35,764 bases of DNA, from contig JBEPXS010000001.1 of assembly GCA_041641755.1 (NCBI GenBank), positions 1 to 35,764 on the forward strand. The letters are read 5' to 3'. Source of the DNA: Balneolaceae bacterium (GTDB lineage: Bacteria; Bacteroidota; Rhodothermia; Balneolales; Balneolaceae). Of this stretch, positions 20,264-29,389 are shown in pieces; positions within the stretch are counted from its first letter, which is position 1, and the number at the start of each line of letters is the position of its first letter. The translations under genes and the position numbers were made by a program. A model generated the notes under the pieces. It saw only the letters and a list, made by a program, of their open reading frames with translations. It searched no databases and was not told the origin of the DNA.

Positions 20264-20548
20264 TTACCGTTCAATTATTGTTTTCAGGTTCCAGTCATTG
20301 TGTAATCCCAGTATTTTTAGTGCTTCATAAAATATTTTCGGAGGATTTTTTAGTCGTATGGTTCGATTGTTGTGGATCTGTTTATGAAGAAAAATGATCG
20401 CTTCGCTGTTTACAAATCGAGCTCTTTCCAGGTCAATGTATAATTCATCTTTATCCTCTAACAAGTTCTTGATTCTGCGAACAATGTTAAGGTTGAAGTC
20501 ACCTAAAAGGGTTACAGACAATCGATTACCTGTCTTCTTGAAGTCCAT
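20264..20548 (-). CDS. STAS-domain (anti-anti-sigma-like) protein
   Basis: 94 aa; L.GDFN, YIDLERARFVNS.AI.FL, ALKILGL; overlaps the upstream gene by 23 nt. Confidence 0.8.
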   Translation of the reverse strand: MDFKKTGNRLSVTLLGDFNLNIVRRIKNLLEDKDELYIDLERARFVNSEAIIFLHKQIHNNRTIRLKNPPKIFYEALKILGLHNDWNLKTIIER

Positions 20549-21992
20549 AATACTCCGTTTTTATAAATTCCTTGAGTTTTGTTGCCAGCTCCGAGAAAGT
20601 TTTAATTGGTTCAAAATTGACGGGTACTAATATTTTTTGCATTCGCAGGAAATCTTTTTCTTCGTATTTCATGGGTATTAATCCGGCAAAAATAAATCCG
20701 TTTTTGCGTAGCCACTCTACAGCCTGGTCATTTTCCCGGTCCTCCAATGGAATATCAATGTATATGGCATTCAACTCTACCTCATTCAGGCTTCTAAGCA
20801 TACTTTTAACCGATGAGATAAACATAGATCCCAGGTTGCGAACAATGATAGTTGCGGTCTTATTACGATAAGTGAATTTAAGATCAAGTTCGGATTTCTT
20901 TTTCTCATTATCCGCTCTATTTGAACCATTTTTAAGTGCAGGAACAACATCAAATTGATGGTATATTTGTTCCAGCACAGAACGATATTTGGCAGGAAGA
21001 AAGACGGTTGGGCTCCATTTTTTTGACAGTGGTAAGAAGTCTACGACTATAGCCACAGGTTGAGAACTGTTTTCAGTTAAATTTTTGTATTTACCCCCTT
21101 TGGTGACAGCAACGAGGAGTGCAGTGCTACCAAAACCAAAGATCTGATTTACCTTTTGACTGATATTGTGGACCGTTAATGCCAATCCGTATAATCCCAT
21201 CAGGCCTCTTTTTTTACTAACCGAGATGAGCTCATTCAGCATGCGGGTCATCAGCCCTTTTTGTCGGTGAGCTGGGGAAACCATAGCTTCTGCAACCTCT
21301 CCGACAAGTGAATGTGGATCTTTGATAACGGAGAAATATCCAACGGGCCTTCCTTTTTCTGTTCGAACGATGACACCAAACTTTTTCCCATGTTCAAGTG
21401 CCAACTCATTCTGTTTGGGAAAATAGAGGCCCTCTTTGCTGTAGGAATAATTGTAGGACCGGTAAATAAGTTTAGCTATATCTTCGGCATCTTCTTTAGT
21501 TGCAGCAGACAATTCGTAGTTATATTCCTCTTCAATCTCCTCTGGCTTATTTTCATTTTCTATTTGGTAATCGGTTAAACTACGTTTCTGCAGTTGCTTG
21601 GCCAGCCTGAATTCTTTGCCCTGCTTACCCCGGTTAAGGAATAGAAAGTGATCTGTCAAACTGCGGACAAGCTCTAGTCCGGCACCCTCAAAATTGCCAT
21701 CTTTCAATGCTTTTTCTTTGGAATAGTGATATCGGTCGGGGTCAAAGGGTTCTCCGGATTCCTGGATGATAATCTCTAATTGCGGGACTGAATACCTGTA
21801 CCAGATTTCAATGTATCCGTCCGTTTCGGGATAGGCGAAAAGGATCATATCAGTCAATAGTTCATCTACGGCCAGCGTAAATCGAGCAGCTTCGTTTGAT
21901 TCCATACCCATATTTTTACACCAACTGTAGGTGAAATCGGTAGCCGATTCAATTGCTTTGATATGGGCTTCCAGGTATAGGTACGCTTCCAT
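20526..21992 (-). CDS. Fusion of an RsbW-like HATPase domain and GNAT acetyltransferase domain(s)
   Basis: N-terminal LAVDELLTD, GEPFDP and GAGLELVRSLTD; central GNAT with VSPAHRQKGLM acetyl-CoA motif; C-terminal second GNAT-like fold (GFIFAGLIP). Confidence 0.82.
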   Translation of the reverse strand: MEAYLYLEAHIKAIESATDFTYSWCKNMGMESNEAARFTLAVDELLTDMILFAYPETDGYIEIWYRYSVPQLEIIIQESGEPFDPDRYHYSKEKALKDGNFEGAGLELVRSLTDHFLFLNRGKQGKEFRLAKQLQKRSLTDYQIENENKPEEIEEEYNYELSAATKEDAEDIAKLIYRSYNYSYSKEGLYFPKQNELALEHGKKFGVIVRTEKGRPVGYFSVIKDPHSLVGEVAEAMVSPAHRQKGLMTRMLNELISVSKKRGLMGLYGLALTVHNISQKVNQIFGFGSTALLVAVTKGGKYKNLTENSSQPVAIVVDFLPLSKKWSPTVFLPAKYRSVLEQIYHQFDVVPALKNGSNRADNEKKKSELDLKFTYRNKTATIIVRNLGSMFISSVKSMLRSLNEVELNAIYIDIPLEDRENDQAVEWLRKNGFIFAGLIPMKYEEKDFLRMQKILVPVNFEPIKTFSELATKLKEFIKTEYYGLQEDR

Positions 21993-22133
21993 GTTGACAT
22001 GAATTCTTTAGCAGATTAAGGACAGAGTTCACATTCATATTCTATTTGTTTTCAGTGTTTAGCAGTCAATAACTCCTAGCTGCTATGAATCAAATTATTG
22101 CCAATCTTTATGTGCGTTGATCCAATTCTATTT

Positions 22134-23786
22134 TTATTTCACAATGACAGAGGTTTCTGTCAGCTTAGTACCTGACACATCCGACATCGCGTCGAAGTAA
22201 TTTACAAACCGGTTTGTCTCCGGGCTATCATATGGTGCCAGATTTTGAGCCCACCGGAATCCGATTGGTTGGTACCATAGTTCGGCAGTTACATGTAAAG
22301 GGGCTTCAGCCTCTCCCACATCTATGCGATATGTGATTTGATCATTTCCACTATTAAAGTTTCCATCCTGATAAGCATTTCCCCGGACCGCAATATCCTC
22401 TTCCGCGGTAGTCTTATCGAAACCATCGGGCAGGATACGGTTGTCCTTTATAAACCGAACAGCTGTTAATAGGCCGGTAGTAACTTTATCATCTGGATCT
22501 GCCATTATGGTTTCGTAAATTTGTACTTGGGCGGGTTGTGTAATCTCTGTGTAATGCGGTTCATAACGACCTGCATTATTATCATTGTCATTCCCGGTTA
22601 TTGAACCATTCGGTTGCAGGGCTCCTGATTCAAACAGCAGGTTGCTTGATTCGTCCTTCACAGTTAGATGGATCCAGACTCGTCGGGAGGGATAGGCGGT
22701 TGGCAGCTTATGCCCGGCCAGGTTTTGTATTGAGACTTCAGCCTGCAGTTCTCTATCATTAATTGACAGATCACTAATAGTTATCCTGGCGGTTTTAGTT
22801 TGAAGATGTTCCAGAGTTCGATCTATAGCTGAATTCATCTCATTGGGCAAGGCCTGCACACCGAGCTCATCACGATAGCGGTTCAATACCTTTAGCATGA
22901 AAAAATTTCCTCCCCGGAACGAATGTCTCGAAACTTCTTCCCTTGGGTTACTCAGCACAGACGAAATAGCAACTTTGTCTTTAACCACCGGCATGTGGCA
23001 TGACTGGCAACTCTGATTATTTACAAAGCTACTATGTTTCCACTCCAGGTAGGGAACCTGTTCGGGTAGTTCTCCAATGACTTCTCCATCAGGTCCCAAT
23101 GATTCGGTAATTAAGGTGTGGCAGGTGGCGCAGACTTCTGATGTTTGAATATGTTTGGATTGAGTTTGGAGAAATCCGGATGAAGAGTGCATAATATTGG
23201 AGAGTCCCTGATCTACAGGATAAGGTCCAAAAATCTGGCGTTGACCCATTGCAGAAACGGTATCCATGGCAAATCTGCCGACGAAACTTTCACGGGTTCC
23301 CAGATTCTCCTCTGTGATCTGATGACAAGTTGTACAAGAGACACCATCGGCAGCCAGAATATTAGCCCGCGTGGCTCCCTTGTTGACAGGTAGATGGGCA
23401 AAGACCTGTGCCATCTCACCGTTATATTCTGCTTCATAATGGGCCATTGGCATATGGCAGGTGGAGCATTCCTGCTCGATATGTGCCTGTGATTCGGGAT
23501 GGTCCGTTACTTCACGGCGAACAGCCGCATGCCAGTAGGGATCTCGGGCAGAATTAGCCATCATCGATGCCCGCCAGTCAATGCCAAAGGAGATATCCTC
23601 ACCTGAGGATGTGACCATTCCGTTATGACAACTTGTACAGGCATTGGAAGTTTGGAAAAGTTGATGATAGGGTGCATTGGTTTGACTTTCTACCGTAGTT
23701 GAATCGAGGCGTACGTTATTGAAGTTGTTCCCAATGAAAAGAACCAGTAGCGGTAGTATTATTAATATTGCCAGTCGGTTGTGCAT
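22134..23786 (-). CDS. Exported pentaheme c-type cytochrome with a beta-rich C-terminal domain
   Basis: Five CxxCH motifs (CTSCH, CSTCH, CTTCH, CATCH, CQSCH); N-terminal hydrophobic signal or anchor; SMMANSARDP and GHKLPTAYPSRR. Confidence 0.9.
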   Translation of the reverse strand: MHNRLAILIILPLLVLFIGNNFNNVRLDSTTVESQTNAPYHQLFQTSNACTSCHNGMVTSSGEDISFGIDWRASMMANSARDPYWHAAVRREVTDHPESQAHIEQECSTCHMPMAHYEAEYNGEMAQVFAHLPVNKGATRANILAADGVSCTTCHQITEENLGTRESFVGRFAMDTVSAMGQRQIFGPYPVDQGLSNIMHSSSGFLQTQSKHIQTSEVCATCHTLITESLGPDGEVIGELPEQVPYLEWKHSSFVNNQSCQSCHMPVVKDKVAISSVLSNPREEVSRHSFRGGNFFMLKVLNRYRDELGVQALPNEMNSAIDRTLEHLQTKTARITISDLSINDRELQAEVSIQNLAGHKLPTAYPSRRVWIHLTVKDESSNLLFESGALQPNGSITGNDNDNNAGRYEPHYTEITQPAQVQIYETIMADPDDKVTTGLLTAVRFIKDNRILPDGFDKTTAEEDIAVRGNAYQDGNFNSGNDQITYRIDVGEAEAPLHVTAELWYQPIGFRWAQNLAPYDSPETNRFVNYFDAMSDVSGTKLTETSVIVK

Positions 23787-23845
23787 CGAATTCTCCGTTA
23801 ATTACCAAACATGTAATACCTTTAATCTTTTATTCATTACTCAGA

Positions 23846-25003
23846 CTACCATCCTTCAAAAAAGCCCCCGTCAAACCAGTCCCAGAGAACATAAACCATA
23901 AGTTGCGTATCTCTTGCGGGATCGTCCGCAGGTATCCTCACACCTAGATTGAGCATGATATGTTGGCGGGTATTAAGCGTAACCTGCATTTGGGGTACAA
24001 TATCCCAATGAGTCTGGGCGTCGGATTCAAACTCTCTTGATCCGAGAACTTCGACCATTGGAGACCATACACGTCCCCAACGTCCCTGTGTAATACTTTT
24101 ACCCAGGGCTGCCCGCCAAAATGCTTCTTCGGTGGCCTTGTCTTTCAGCAATGGCAGTTCCATGCCGCTTTGCAGATGAAGAAAACCCCCGACCGGTAAT
24201 ATCTGTCCAAAAGAAACAAAGGGCTCCAGGATGGTCGTCCCCTTGCCAAAGCCGGTAGCCCGGTCGCCGGTGGGAAAAATTACTTCACCCGTTAAACTGA
24301 CAATAGAGCCGCTGTTGATGTTGTGGTACAGTGCCCGTTTAACACCCACAGCCACGTCACCGAGCTGTCCGCCGTTCCAGTTCCCCGCCGGCGATTCACT
24401 AAAACCAAAGGGGACTACCAGTTCAAGCTGGTTCCGTGCACCCAATCGTTGTTCATATACCAGTTCGTTCATCACGCTGCCTTCATTTTCCATATCGATG
24501 GAACTGCTTATCACAGCTTCGTCCTCGGGATATGCTTTTTCAGTGACCAGGGGGCGAGGCAGATTCAGTTCCCCGCGAGGCCAGTCGTCATCGGTACAGA
24601 GCGTGCGAATATGATCCATAATTTTTTGGAGCCGTTCCGCAGTTAAGGCTTCGCCGAAAGCCGGCATCTCTTTAGAAAAACCACGGGCGGGTCCTCCCTG
24701 ATGGGCTACCGCTATCCAGTCGGCATCCGGTTCACGGGATGCGAAATTACAGTCTGAGAAATCGGGTGTTGGAGTATTTAAACCTAATTGAGTTTGAGCT
24801 ACTCCCTGCCCCCTGATTCCATGACATGCAGAACAGGCCTGTTTATAGAGTACTTTACCTGATTTTTCATATAATGAATCAGGTGCTGTAAAGTTGGGCT
24901 GGCCTGCACCTGGTAAACTGGAATTCTGATGAATTGCAGCGATGGTAAACAACAGAAGTGTTGCAAGAACAGGGAAGTAGTTTAGAAAGCTTTGGCTTTT
25001 CAT
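23846..25003 (-). CDS. Monoheme cytochrome c fused to a putative outer-membrane beta-barrel
   Basis: Signal peptide; GKVLY..ACSACHG ... MPAF class I cytochrome; then about 230 aa of amphipathic strands (QLELVVPF, GDVAVGVK, FPTGD...GFG.G, MLNLGVRIP, VYVLWDW); terminal Trp. Confidence 0.8.
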   Translation of the reverse strand: MKSQSFLNYFPVLATLLLFTIAAIHQNSSLPGAGQPNFTAPDSLYEKSGKVLYKQACSACHGIRGQGVAQTQLGLNTPTPDFSDCNFASREPDADWIAVAHQGGPARGFSKEMPAFGEALTAERLQKIMDHIRTLCTDDDWPRGELNLPRPLVTEKAYPEDEAVISSSIDMENEGSVMNELVYEQRLGARNQLELVVPFGFSESPAGNWNGGQLGDVAVGVKRALYHNINSGSIVSLTGEVIFPTGDRATGFGKGTTILEPFVSFGQILPVGGFLHLQSGMELPLLKDKATEEAFWRAALGKSITQGRWGRVWSPMVEVLGSREFESDAQTHWDIVPQMQVTLNTRQHIMLNLGVRIPADDPARDTQLMVYVLWDWFDGGFFEGW

Positions 25004-25160
25004 ATCAGACCTTTATTTGGTTTGATCTGCCCGGCAGACAATCTTTAATCTCTGTAAACGATATATTTTTTTTAGTCCCTTTATGAAAAGGGTATGCCGA
25101 TATATGATGTAGGTTCATCCCCTACTTTTTTGCTAAATATCGGGTAATAAAAACGGATGA

Positions 25161-25994
25161 TTATCTATTCCCTGATACTTTGCTGCACTTATATATACGG
25201 TGGGATTTACTGACTAACTCAAAGTTGTTTGTTTTGGGAAGATCCTCATTACTACCAATAACAAGGCAACCGTCGGATGAAAGAATAGAAATGAGCCGGT
25301 TCAGGAAATGAAGCTGGCGTTCTTTTGTGAAATAGGTGAAGACCAGGTTCCTGCAGAGAATGAGATCAAATTCCTGGTTGGGAAGAGAATTTCGAATATC
25401 CCCCTTTTCAAACGTTATCCGTAGTTTCAGTCTGTCACCTATCTGGTAATCATTCTCCGAATCATCGATTTTATGAAAGAATGTTTCTGTTTCCTGTTTT
25501 GTAAGTTCTTTAAGTGCTCCAGCCGGATAACGGCCTATCCTCGCTCGTTTCAGTACCTCCGGATTTCGATCTGTTGCCAGAATTTCAATTTTGTTTGTGT
25601 TGCTATTTCTTACCGACAACTGTTCACTGATCATAGATATACTGTATGCCTCTTCACCATTGCAGCATCCGGCAGACCAAACCGAAATTGAACCCGGGGC
25701 TACTTTGGAAAACAGGTCAGCTAAAATATCATCCCTTAGATATTCCCAGACCTTGCGATCGCGATAAAACTTGCTGATGGTTACATCACACAGCTGATCG
25801 AGCTGTTTCCACTCATCGGGATGTGCCAGGAGATACTTCTTGTATTCGGGATAACCACCGGAGAGTTCGAGGTGCTGCATACGCTCGCGGATGCGCTTGA
25901 GCACCTGACTCCGTGGCTTCCGAAACCCCTCCCAGCGGTAGCCCATTTTGGGGAGTGCCCATTGAAGAAATGCTATATCCTTATTCGAACTCAT
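25161..25994 (-). CDS. cheR: CheR-type protein-glutamate methyltransferase (orphan)
   Basis: VTISKFYRD, VWSAGCCNGEEAYS, ILATD, FDLILCRNL..YF. Confidence 0.88.
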   Translation of the reverse strand: MSSNKDIAFLQWALPKMGYRWEGFRKPRSQVLKRIRERMQHLELSGGYPEYKKYLLAHPDEWKQLDQLCDVTISKFYRDRKVWEYLRDDILADLFSKVAPGSISVWSAGCCNGEEAYSISMISEQLSVRNSNTNKIEILATDRNPEVLKRARIGRYPAGALKELTKQETETFFHKIDDSENDYQIGDRLKLRITFEKGDIRNSLPNQEFDLILCRNLVFTYFTKERQLHFLNRLISILSSDGCLVIGSNEDLPKTNNFELVSKSHRIYKCSKVSGNR

Positions 25995-26008
25995 TCTTCG
26001 TTATTCAA

Positions 26009-26869
26009 CTAACGGGAAAGTTCTAAAATAGCAGCTTTAACCCCATTCACTACCTGCGCCATGCGCTGGTAATCAAGGGTGTCGGGAGTGTCATAGGCAG
26101 TGTGGTAGTTGGGATTACGGTAGAAGGCGGTATCGGTGATCATGGCCGCCGGATAGCCAGCCCACCAGTAATTCAGATGGTCTGATAAAGACACACCCGG
26201 CAGCAATCGGGGGGCGTTGAGTGATTCTACCGGCAGCGGAGTTGCAGTGTCCATCGCTTGGCGGATGGTTCGAACCAGCTTGCGCTGAAACAGCTTGCCC
26301 ACCACCGCAATGTAATTACCAACAGACGGATAAAAGGGACGAAGCAGGAACAGGGGATAGGACTGACTCCCTTCCTCATCAGTAAAGTATCCGATCATTT
26401 CAAGGGCCAGCATTGACCTGACCTTAACTCCCTGATCTTTAAGCGATTTAGCATGTACAAAGCTGCCCATTTTCCGTGTATAAAAGTAGGGTGGTTCCTC
26501 GCACGGGTACGATACCAGCTCTACCTTCATCGGTAGGTTTTCATCTTTTAAAAGTCGTGCCAGTTCCAGCAGACCGGCAACTCCGCTGGCATTATCATCA
26601 GCGCCTGGATACGGACCTGCCACATCATAGTGTGCCCCGACAACAATTCGTTCATTCGAGTCGGGACCAAAAGACGCACTGATATTACAAAACGTTATAC
26701 CATCCACGGGGTAGGGTTGTTTGTGTACATTGTCTGAAAAGAGTTTAAAATGACCCAGAATGTAGTTGGCCACACGATCCATATTTGAGGGGTGTCCCAC
26801 ATCCCGAGGTCCGAGTTCCTCAGCAAGCTTTATTACCTGCTCCCTTAACCGTTTGGGATCTGCATCCAT
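26009..26869 (-). CDS. M28 family Zn peptidase
   Basis: VVGAHYD, GADDNASG, EEPP, LEMIG, SDH, YH...D. Start taken at ATG 26869; TTG at 26902 is an alternative. Confidence 0.9.
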   Translation of the reverse strand: MDADPKRLREQVIKLAEELGPRDVGHPSNMDRVANYILGHFKLFSDNVHKQPYPVDGITFCNISASFGPDSNERIVVGAHYDVAGPYPGADDNASGVAGLLELARLLKDENLPMKVELVSYPCEEPPYFYTRKMGSFVHAKSLKDQGVKVRSMLALEMIGYFTDEEGSQSYPLFLLRPFYPSVGNYIAVVGKLFQRKLVRTIRQAMDTATPLPVESLNAPRLLPGVSLSDHLNYWWAGYPAAMITDTAFYRNPNYHTAYDTPDTLDYQRMAQVVNGVKAAILELSR

Positions 26870-27037
26870 TATTTTGGCTTTTAAATGAAAGTACACAGTC
26901 AAACTGTCAAGATCTGTAGCTAAATCAAAAGAATACTGTAAATTGAAGATCGTATTCGATCATTTTAACGATTTATCTGTTATAATAGATTGACCATCTG
27001 CATATAGAAAAGCTTTAAAAAAGATCGAAGTATTTAT

Positions 27038-27643
27038 ATGAATGAAGACGTCGAAGCCAACCAAAAAGAAGAAATAATCGGGGAGATACCAAAGCATAAT
27101 TTAGTGGTTTTGTCCCTCGTTTCTGCTTTCGTTTATTTTGTTTTAGCTTGGTTGATATATCATTTTATATACGAAAAGCCCCTCTCGGCAGCCTTTGAAT
27201 ATGATTTTTCTTTTGTTTTTCAACTTGCGACCGGTACAATTTCGGGAGGAGTAGCTGCAGCAGTTATAGGCTTTCTTGCCAACCATCCACCAGTTAAAGA
27301 CATATTATATGACTTTCATCTGGTTAGGATGATATCTAAACTTAAGCTTGATAATTTCGATAGGTTTCAGCTTTCTTTGTTTGCAGGGGTCGGAGAGGAG
27401 TTGTTATTTCGTGGAGCCATACAACCGTGGCTGGGAATATGGCTGACTTCAGTAATTTTTGTGGGTATCCACGGGTACTTTAAATTTGAAAAAACCGGTC
27501 ACATTGTTTTTGGATTGATGATGTTTGGTCTCAGTATGATGCTGGGATATCTATATGAATACGCAGGTTTGATCGCTGCAATGACTGCCCATGCTGTTTA
27601 CGATCTGATTATGTTGTACCTGGTCAGCAATAAGAGGCTTTAG
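27038..27643 (+). CDS. CPBP/Abi (CAAX type II) intramembrane protease
   Basis: GEELLFRG, FVGIH and AHAVYD motifs in a polytopic membrane protein. Confidence 0.9.
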   Translation: MNEDVEANQKEEIIGEIPKHNLVVLSLVSAFVYFVLAWLIYHFIYEKPLSAAFEYDFSFVFQLATGTISGGVAAAVIGFLANHPPVKDILYDFHLVRMISKLKLDNFDRFQLSLFAGVGEELLFRGAIQPWLGIWLTSVIFVGIHGYFKFEKTGHIVFGLMMFGLSMMLGYLYEYAGLIAAMTAHAVYDLIMLYLVSNKRL

Positions 27644-27690
27644 GGATGGCTGAGTATTAAATGTTGGTGTGGTTTGTTTATTCAATTTTG

Positions 27691-29163
27691 TCAAATTTCA
27701 CTAAGGGTGGTTTGAAAACTGTCTGTTTTATTCAGGTTCGTATCTGAGATTTTTTCTTCCTCATGTTGTTTCCGTTTCAAAATAAAGAAGGTCATATCGT
27801 CATTGGGAGAGATCCCCTTTAACCATGATTCGGAAAATTTGTACAGATGTTCAATAATGCTGTCGGGATCCTTGTTAGCAATCTCAGCAAATATTTGTTC
27901 GACACGTGAATAACCGATCATCTTTCCTTCATTATCAGAAAGTTCAGGTAGTCCGTCCGTCATAAATAAAACAACATCTCCTGGTTCAATATCAACCGTT
28001 ACTTTTTCATACGGAAACACCTGTTTACTACCCAATGGTAGTCCTTTTAAAGGTATTTTTTGAACAGTTTTTGTTCCGGAACGGTATATAAGTGCATGGG
28101 GCATTCCTGCTCCTGCCAGTTCAAGCGTATTTTCATTCAATCTTCCGATAGCAAAAGCCATGTAAAGCGTGCGGAAATCCATTAAGCTGATTGAATAAGA
28201 GGCTCGTTTCAGAAAATCTGTTAGCTCGTTGTTAACAGCATGCTCTGCGAAAAGCAGCTTCATCGCTGTTACCATGACACTGGCCTGTAATCCATGGCCG
28301 GTTGCATCTCCGATACCAAATGTTAGTACTTCATCCTCGGTTCTGTGATAGTCGTAGTAATCTCCACCAACCTCCGAGGCAGCTTTCATGGAAAAAGCGA
28401 ATTCATAATTTGGGCAGTAGGGGAATTTTTGGGGTAGCATTTTTATCTGGAGTCTGCGGGCGGATTCCAATTCCTTACTTTTACGGAAAGATTCTAGTTT
28501 CAATTCTTCCGTTTTTTCATTCAAAATTCCTTCATTCCAAAAGACAGCTTTCATATAGTATTCGAGCCAGTAACTGGCAAACATGCCCATCACATTTGCT
28601 GATACCAAGAAGAATATATTATTAACATAGATTTGAAAGGGGGTTATTTCCAGCCAAATGGTAGCAGTTGTATAGGCCAAAATAATAAACCAGGTAGTCA
28701 ACGAGGCATAAATGAAGCGGATTCTCAACAGGCCATGGGCATACATTATAGCCAGGATAAGTCCCGCATAATAGTGATATCCGCCTATCGATTCTGAGAC
28801 GAGAATCATACCGATAATCCCGAGACCGGCCAGCAGAACAATCATACTCATCATAAATTGGAAATTCTTGAGTCCCCACTTTTTATAGGTCAGGTAGATT
28901 GTTCCAATAAACATAAGGCAGCTAACTATACGGATTGCCATCAGTTCCGTAGCTACCTCTGGGGTGACTATCCGGTCGAGCCAGGAAAAAATAAGGTAAA
29001 GAGCGATAGCAAGACTCAGGGAGATCCTGACAAAATTGACGGATCGTCTGGTGATATCTTCCTCGAATTCTCGGTTCATCTCCGAGCTACTGAAAGACAA
29101 AGTCAGAGGATGAACGGGAGGCCGGTTCTGGTCGTCAGTTCCCTTTTTGAAAATATATCCCAT
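27691..29163 (-). CDS. Membrane-bound PP2C/SpoIIE (RsbU-like) serine phosphatase
   Basis: About 6 N-terminal TM helices, a coiled coil, ELESARRLQ..MLP, VGGDYYD, IGDATGHG, MTDGL, NDDMT. Confidence 0.92.
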   Translation of the reverse strand: MGYIFKKGTDDQNRPPVHPLTLSFSSSEMNREFEEDITRRSVNFVRISLSLAIALYLIFSWLDRIVTPEVATELMAIRIVSCLMFIGTIYLTYKKWGLKNFQFMMSMIVLLAGLGIIGMILVSESIGGYHYYAGLILAIMYAHGLLRIRFIYASLTTWFIILAYTTATIWLEITPFQIYVNNIFFLVSANVMGMFASYWLEYYMKAVFWNEGILNEKTEELKLESFRKSKELESARRLQIKMLPQKFPYCPNYEFAFSMKAASEVGGDYYDYHRTEDEVLTFGIGDATGHGLQASVMVTAMKLLFAEHAVNNELTDFLKRASYSISLMDFRTLYMAFAIGRLNENTLELAGAGMPHALIYRSGTKTVQKIPLKGLPLGSKQVFPYEKVTVDIEPGDVVLFMTDGLPELSDNEGKMIGYSRVEQIFAEIANKDPDSIIEHLYKFSESWLKGISPNDDMTFFILKRKQHEEEKISDTNLNKTDSFQTTLSEI

Positions 29164-29389
29164 TTTATGCAGTGTTATCCCATTTTGTAGTTTGTAAAAA
29201 GAGAATCTACGTATTCCCGAGAAAAAAGATTCTTTATTTTTTTATTTAAGTGCAATAAGAACATAAGTTTGTCAATTGAGAGTTTTTGCGAGTAAGATTT
29301 ATATGAGAAAACCTGCATCATTCACTTTTGGACGTGTTGGGACCTTGGAAATCCAGCTTACATTTAAATTTCGGGAATCTATCTGCAAA

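Noticed and set aside
23846-25003. Calling the fusion Cyc2 (iron oxidase)
   Set aside because: The heme domain is a full class I cytochrome with a distal MPAF, and the barrel region is shorter with different motifs. Only the architecture is analogous.
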